Shown here: positions 32,935 to 36,044 of the stretch, one piece after another
How positions within the stretch are numbered: position 1 is the first letter of the stretch
Layout: each line of letters starts with the position of its first letter
IMG/VR virus record: IMGVR_UViG_3300033076_001099
Location: 1 to 36,044 of that record
Strand: one strand, 5' to 3'
Length of the DNA stretch: 36,044 nt
Origin: a virus
Lineage: Duplodnaviria; Caudoviricetes
Program-made: the position numbers and the translations under genes
Notes under the pieces: model-generated
The model's input: only the letters and a program-made list of their open reading frames with translations
What the model was told of the DNA's origin: nothing
The model's database searches: none

Positions 32935-33139
32935 TGAAATTTTTGTCATGGGTCACCGGTTATTTTTGCGGCGTGACGGGCTTTACGAGGATTTGCGCGG
33001 CGTGAAGTTTGATTACACGAACGGGCGCTTGTTTCAGGAGAGAGCGCCCGGCGTTTGGTACTGGCTGCGCGAGGCTCCGCGGTTTGAGTCCGAGCCGCCT
33101 CCCCGTTGTTCTCAATCGTCTAGTTTGATGGAGTTCTGA
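32927..33139 (+). CDS. Hypothetical protein (70 aa)
   Basis: SD GGAGG before ATG 32927. Confidence 0.6.
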   Translation: MRDEIFVMGHRLFLRRDGLYEDLRGVKFDYTNGRLFQERAPGVWYWLREAPRFESEPPPRCSQSSSLMEF

Positions 33140-33142
33140 TCT

Positions 33143-33466
33143 ATGCTTATCGATGACGTAAAACACGAGCTTTGGTTGTCGGGCGTTCCAAAGGACACCG
33201 TAGAGGCGTTTATAGCGGCCTACCTCGAAAGCCCTGACGTTTGGCGAGCGTTTGAGGACCTCACCCTTAAGGTAATTCATAAAGGCCGTAGGGCGGGCGC
33301 TAAGGCCATTATAGAGCGTGTGCGCTGGGACGTTGAAATTGAATCGGGCGGCGTGTGGAAAGTAAACAACAACTGGGCACCGTACTACGCGCGAGTTTTT
33401 GAAATCAAACACCCGCGACACGCCGGGTATTTTAACAAACGCGAAATCAAGGGGGTTCACGTATGA
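33143..33466 (+). CDS. Conserved phage hypothetical protein
   Basis: P.VW..F....GAKAIIERVRW....KVNNN..PYYAR.F...HP...G.F..R motif. Confidence 0.75.
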   Translation: MLIDDVKHELWLSGVPKDTVEAFIAAYLESPDVWRAFEDLTLKVIHKGRRAGAKAIIERVRWDVEIESGGVWKVNNNWAPYYARVFEIKHPRHAGYFNKREIKGVHV

Positions 33467-33681
33467 ATTCGTTTCCTCCCCTCGATACTTTTCAAATTTC
33501 ACTCATCGTTGCTGCTGTCAGCTACTTCATAGGCTACCGGGTGCGCGGGTCACTTAATCGGCTCGACCTGGATGAGATGTACGCCAAAGGAAAAGCAGAC
33601 GGTTATTACGAGGCTTTAGTGCTTACGGAGTCCCCTCCAAAAAGCTACCCGGAGCCCGTAAAGCTGCGGCGAGTGAAATAG
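33463..33681 (+). CDS. Small membrane-anchored protein
   Basis: Hydrophobic ISLIVAAVSYFIGY; ATGA overlap. Confidence 0.65.
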   Translation: MNSFPPLDTFQISLIVAAVSYFIGYRVRGSLNRLDLDEMYAKGKADGYYEALVLTESPPKSYPEPVKLRRVK

Positions 33682-33763
33682 TAAACCATCTCCCCTGGGT
33701 CCCCATTCGGGGGAGACGATGACGCCGGTGAATCGAAAAACCCCGGCACTTTTAAGAGGTAAC

Positions 33764-33829
33764 ATGACTAAGAAAACCACAAAATCAACCAAGAAAACCG
33801 GCAAGAAAAGCGGGCGTAAAGGTTGCTAG
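33764..33829 (+). CDS. 21-aa Lys-rich micropeptide MTKKTTKSTKKTGKKSGRKGC
   Basis: AAGAGGT just before the ATG; lies between hairpin clusters. Confidence 0.5.
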   Translation: MTKKTTKSTKKTGKKSGRKGC

Positions 33830-33841
33830 TTGTACCCGTTA

Positions 33842-33993
33842 GCCGCGGCGGTAGAAGCGCGGCACTTATGAGGGGAAGCCCTGCAAAACTGCTCAATCAT
33901 GGTGAGGGTAAACCTATGACGGTGATGACGTAGCATCGGGGGAAAGGCATCCCCGGCGAAGAAGGGAGTACGCTCGATGAGGTGGGAAGCCTC
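33842..33993 (+). ncRNA. Candidate multi-hairpin structured RNA
   Basis: At least six short hairpins in 150 nt with no convincing plus-strand ORF. Confidence 0.45.
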
Positions 33994-34016
33994 TTTACTA
34001 CTACAAAAGGAGCAAA

Positions 34017-34502
34017 ATGAACGTTTACGAAATAAGTACAGAAATCGCAAAGATCGAGGCGGCTATTGACGAGGCGGGCGGTGTTGTCACGCCAGAAGTT
34101 GAGGAAATGTTAAACGCCCTATCAAACGCACGATCCGACAAGCTACAGGCGTTGGCGAAGTTGATTAAAAAGAATCAGGGAGACGGGGTAATAATCGATC
34201 ACGAAATTGAGCGCCTGCGCGCCCTACGCAAGACGGTAGACGCAAAGCATTCAAGCCTAGAAAAGCTAGTCCGCGTCCTGCTCATGGTTGGCGAAACCTG
34301 GCAGGAAGGATCGGATCGTTTCTCCTGGCGTAAGTGCCCGCCGTCCCTGGAATTAGCGGACGGTATAGAGGTCGACGATTGTTACAAGCGCGTTGAGGTT
34401 AAGGAGCGCATAGACGCTGAGAAGATAAAACTTGACCTCAAGGGCGGCGCCTCAATTCCGGGCGCGCAGTTAGTTACTAAATTTAATTTGGTTGTGAGGT
34501 AG
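34017..34502 (+). CDS. Siphovirus Gp157-family protein
   Basis: YEI..E ... EIERL..L.K ... RK.PPSL ... ID..KIK..LK.G..IPGA.L; located upstream of the annealase. Confidence 0.85.
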   Translation: MNVYEISTEIAKIEAAIDEAGGVVTPEVEEMLNALSNARSDKLQALAKLIKKNQGDGVIIDHEIERLRALRKTVDAKHSSLEKLVRVLLMVGETWQEGSDRFSWRKCPPSLELADGIEVDDCYKRVEVKERIDAEKIKLDLKGGASIPGAQLVTKFNLVVR

Positions 34503-34504
34503 TC

Positions 34505-35218
34505 ATGAACGATCAATCCCCTACCCTTGGATCTCTGGCGCTGGCGCTATCAAAAGCGCAGGCACAAATGAAACCAGCCGTTAAGGATAAAAACAATCCG
34601 TTCTTCAAAAGTAAGTATGCCGACCTTTCGAGCGTTTGGGATTCTATACGGGAGCCCCTTTCGAAAAACGAGCTTTCGGTTATTCAAACCACGAATATCG
34701 ACGCGGAGCGCGGCGCTGTACTCGTTACCGTGCTCGCGCATAGCAGCGGAGAATGGATTCGGTCCCAGTACCCTATAAACCCCGTAAAGAACGATCCGCA
34801 AGGGTTCGGATCCGCGGTTACATATGCCCGGCGCTATAGCCTGGCGGCGCTTGTCGGGGTTTGTACCGATGAGGACGACGACGGAGCGGCGGCAAGTAAC
34901 AACGGCAACGGCGGACAACGGGAGGCGTATAAAAATGAAATCAACGAAAGGCTTTCGGCGATTGACGCTAAGAAAACACAAAAACAGGCGGCGAATGTTG
35001 GTCCTGTGGATTGGGGATCGTTTCGATACCGGTACGCCCTACCCGACAACAAGCCCGGAGTTAACTCGAAGCAGTTTTTTGTTGCTCTTGAAACTAACGG
35101 AGCCCGCAAAAATCCGAGTAACGGCATCTGGTACTCTAACAAAGCGTTTCCGCAATTAGAGGAATACATGCTGATAGACTCGCGACAAGACGACATTCCT
35201 TTTACTGGTGAGGTGTAA
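34505..35218 (+). CDS. erf: ERF-family single-strand annealing protein
   Basis: AL.KAQ, NPFFKSKYADL, L.HSSGEWI.S, PQ..GSA.TYARRYSL, DDDG. Confidence 0.95.
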   Translation: MNDQSPTLGSLALALSKAQAQMKPAVKDKNNPFFKSKYADLSSVWDSIREPLSKNELSVIQTTNIDAERGAVLVTVLAHSSGEWIRSQYPINPVKNDPQGFGSAVTYARRYSLAALVGVCTDEDDDGAAASNNGNGGQREAYKNEINERLSAIDAKKTQKQAANVGPVDWGSFRYRYALPDNKPGVNSKQFFVALETNGARKNPSNGIWYSNKAFPQLEEYMLIDSRQDDIPFTGEV

Positions 35219-35219
35219 A

Positions 35220-35444
35220 ATGTTTGAAAAACCTATGTTGATGACCGTGCGCGAGGTGCAGGAGGTACTTAGGTGCCACCGGCCCAAAGTGTACGAACTA
35301 ATACACGCGGGGTTGCTTGACGGTTCCAAGGTTGGATCGGATTGGCGAATAAAAACCGATTCCGTCGAGAAGATTGCCGGGGAAATAGATTCTGATTTTT
35401 TTGCGGGGCGACGATGGATACGGAGTTCGACGAGGAAACGTTAG
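35220..35444 (+). CDS. Excisionase-like HTH_17 protein (copy 2)
   Basis: Three amino-acid differences from 52-276. Confidence 0.85.
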   Translation: MFEKPMLMTVREVQEVLRCHRPKVYELIHAGLLDGSKVGSDWRIKTDSVEKIAGEIDSDFFAGRRWIRSSTRKR

Positions 35445-35563
35445 CGAAAGCGGTTGAGGTGCTAAAGCAAAGCACGTCAATCGATTATATCGTCAGGTAC
35501 CTACAGTACCTAGAAAGCGAGATAAACCGACTGCAGCGAATTGTTGACGGGTACGAAACATGA
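35414..35563 (+). CDS. 49-aa coiled-coil protein (copy 2)
   Basis: MDTEFDEETLAKAVEVLKQSTSIDYIVRYLQYLESEINRLQRIVDGYET. Confidence 0.8.
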   Translation: MDTEFDEETLAKAVEVLKQSTSIDYIVRYLQYLESEINRLQRIVDGYET

Positions 35564-36044
35564 GCGGACTCCCCAAACCATACTATCAGGACGATGCGGT
35601 AACTATATATCATGCGGATTGCCGCGATATATTGCCTCTGCTTGATCCTGTAGATCTAGTGCTGACCGATCCGCCGTATGGTTTGGGTATCGCCGCTAAT
35701 CCGATCAGGCAAAAGCACGAAAAAAAATCATGGGACGACAACCCTGTTTCTATAGAATTACTGCACTTAGCAATGGGGTTAGGTAGGGAGTCAATGGTCT
35801 GGGGAGGTAATTATTTTAACTTACCTATCTCTCAGGGTTTTTTGATCTGGGATAAAGACCAGCCGGAAGATTTAACTTTGTCGCAGGTAGAATATTGCTG
35901 GTGGAGTGAGATGTCCCCGGCAAAACGGTTTAAAAGACGAGTTGTTGGGTATGTTAAAGAGCACCCAACGCAAAAGCCAGTCGAGCCGATGCGCTGGTGT
36001 ATTGATAAAGCAAAGACTGGCCCGCGAGTGATTTTAGATCCATT
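35560..36044 (+). CDS. DNA methyltransferase, N4-C/N6-A beta class, truncated by the window end (not in ORF track)
   Basis: MSGLPKPYYQDD.VTIYHADC..., catalytic LTDPPYG, WGGNYF, IWDK, HPTQKP, ends at VILDP; ATGA overlap. Confidence 0.92.
   Translation, partial: MSGLPKPYYQDDAVTIYHADCRDILPLLDPVDLVLTDPPYGLGIAANPIRQKHEKKSWDDNPVSIELLHLAMGLGRESMVWGGNYFNLPISQGFLIWDKDQPEDLTLSQVEYCWWSEMSPAKRFKRRVVGYVKEHPTQKPVEPMRWCIDKAKTGPRVILDP

Larger units (their letters stand above)
35169..35563. repeat. Imperfect direct repeat, copy 2
   Basis: Matches 1-395 at an offset of 35168. Confidence 0.95.

Noticed and set aside
33920-33962. Hammerhead or c-di-GMP riboswitch-like motifs (TGATGA...CGAA; nearby GCAAAAC)
   Set aside because: Core nucleotides do not match either consensus.
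32960-35196. Minus-strand ORFs 32960-33502, 34550-34981 and 34834-35196
   Set aside because: Antisense to recognisable plus-strand genes; no independent support.
1-36044. Stop-codon reassignment or alternative genetic code
   Set aside because: Core genes (terL, portal, MCP, erf) are full length in the standard code and all three stops are used at gene ends.

Overview
An apparently complete ~35.2-kb tailed dsDNA phage genome (podovirus-like architecture). Bases 1-395 recur at 35169-35563: the first 77 nt match exactly, then about 92% identity with mostly synonymous changes. This suggests a circle of about 35,168 bp plus a strain-variant branch that continues into a truncated DNA methyltransferase. 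The minus-strand late arm (about 29.3 kb down to 5.2 kb) encodes TerS, TerL, portal, a Gly/Ser/Thr/Asn-rich fibre followed by a glycosyltransferase and a methyltransferase, scaffold, major capsid protein (MCP), decoration-type proteins, adaptor, nozzle, ejection proteins (one with an SLT domain), holin-like genes and a VRR-NUC nuclease. A divergent HTH switch near 30.2 kb precedes the plus-strand early arm: membrane/lipoprotein genes, DUF1376 initiator, helicase loader-like gene, Gp157, ERF, HTH_17 and many small accessory ORFs. One tRNA-Asn(GTT) is present. I recognised no integrase or canonical endolysin. Top findings: an early accessory protein (2896-3231) carrying an ungapped copy of the MCP N-terminus (candidate capsid decoy); a fibre-glycosyltransferase-methyltransferase cassette inside the head module; structured intergenic RNAs, one containing a 21-aa Lys-rich micro-ORF; and a probable non-AUG-initiated gene upstream of terS. 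All family calls come from motif recognition by eye, not database searches.
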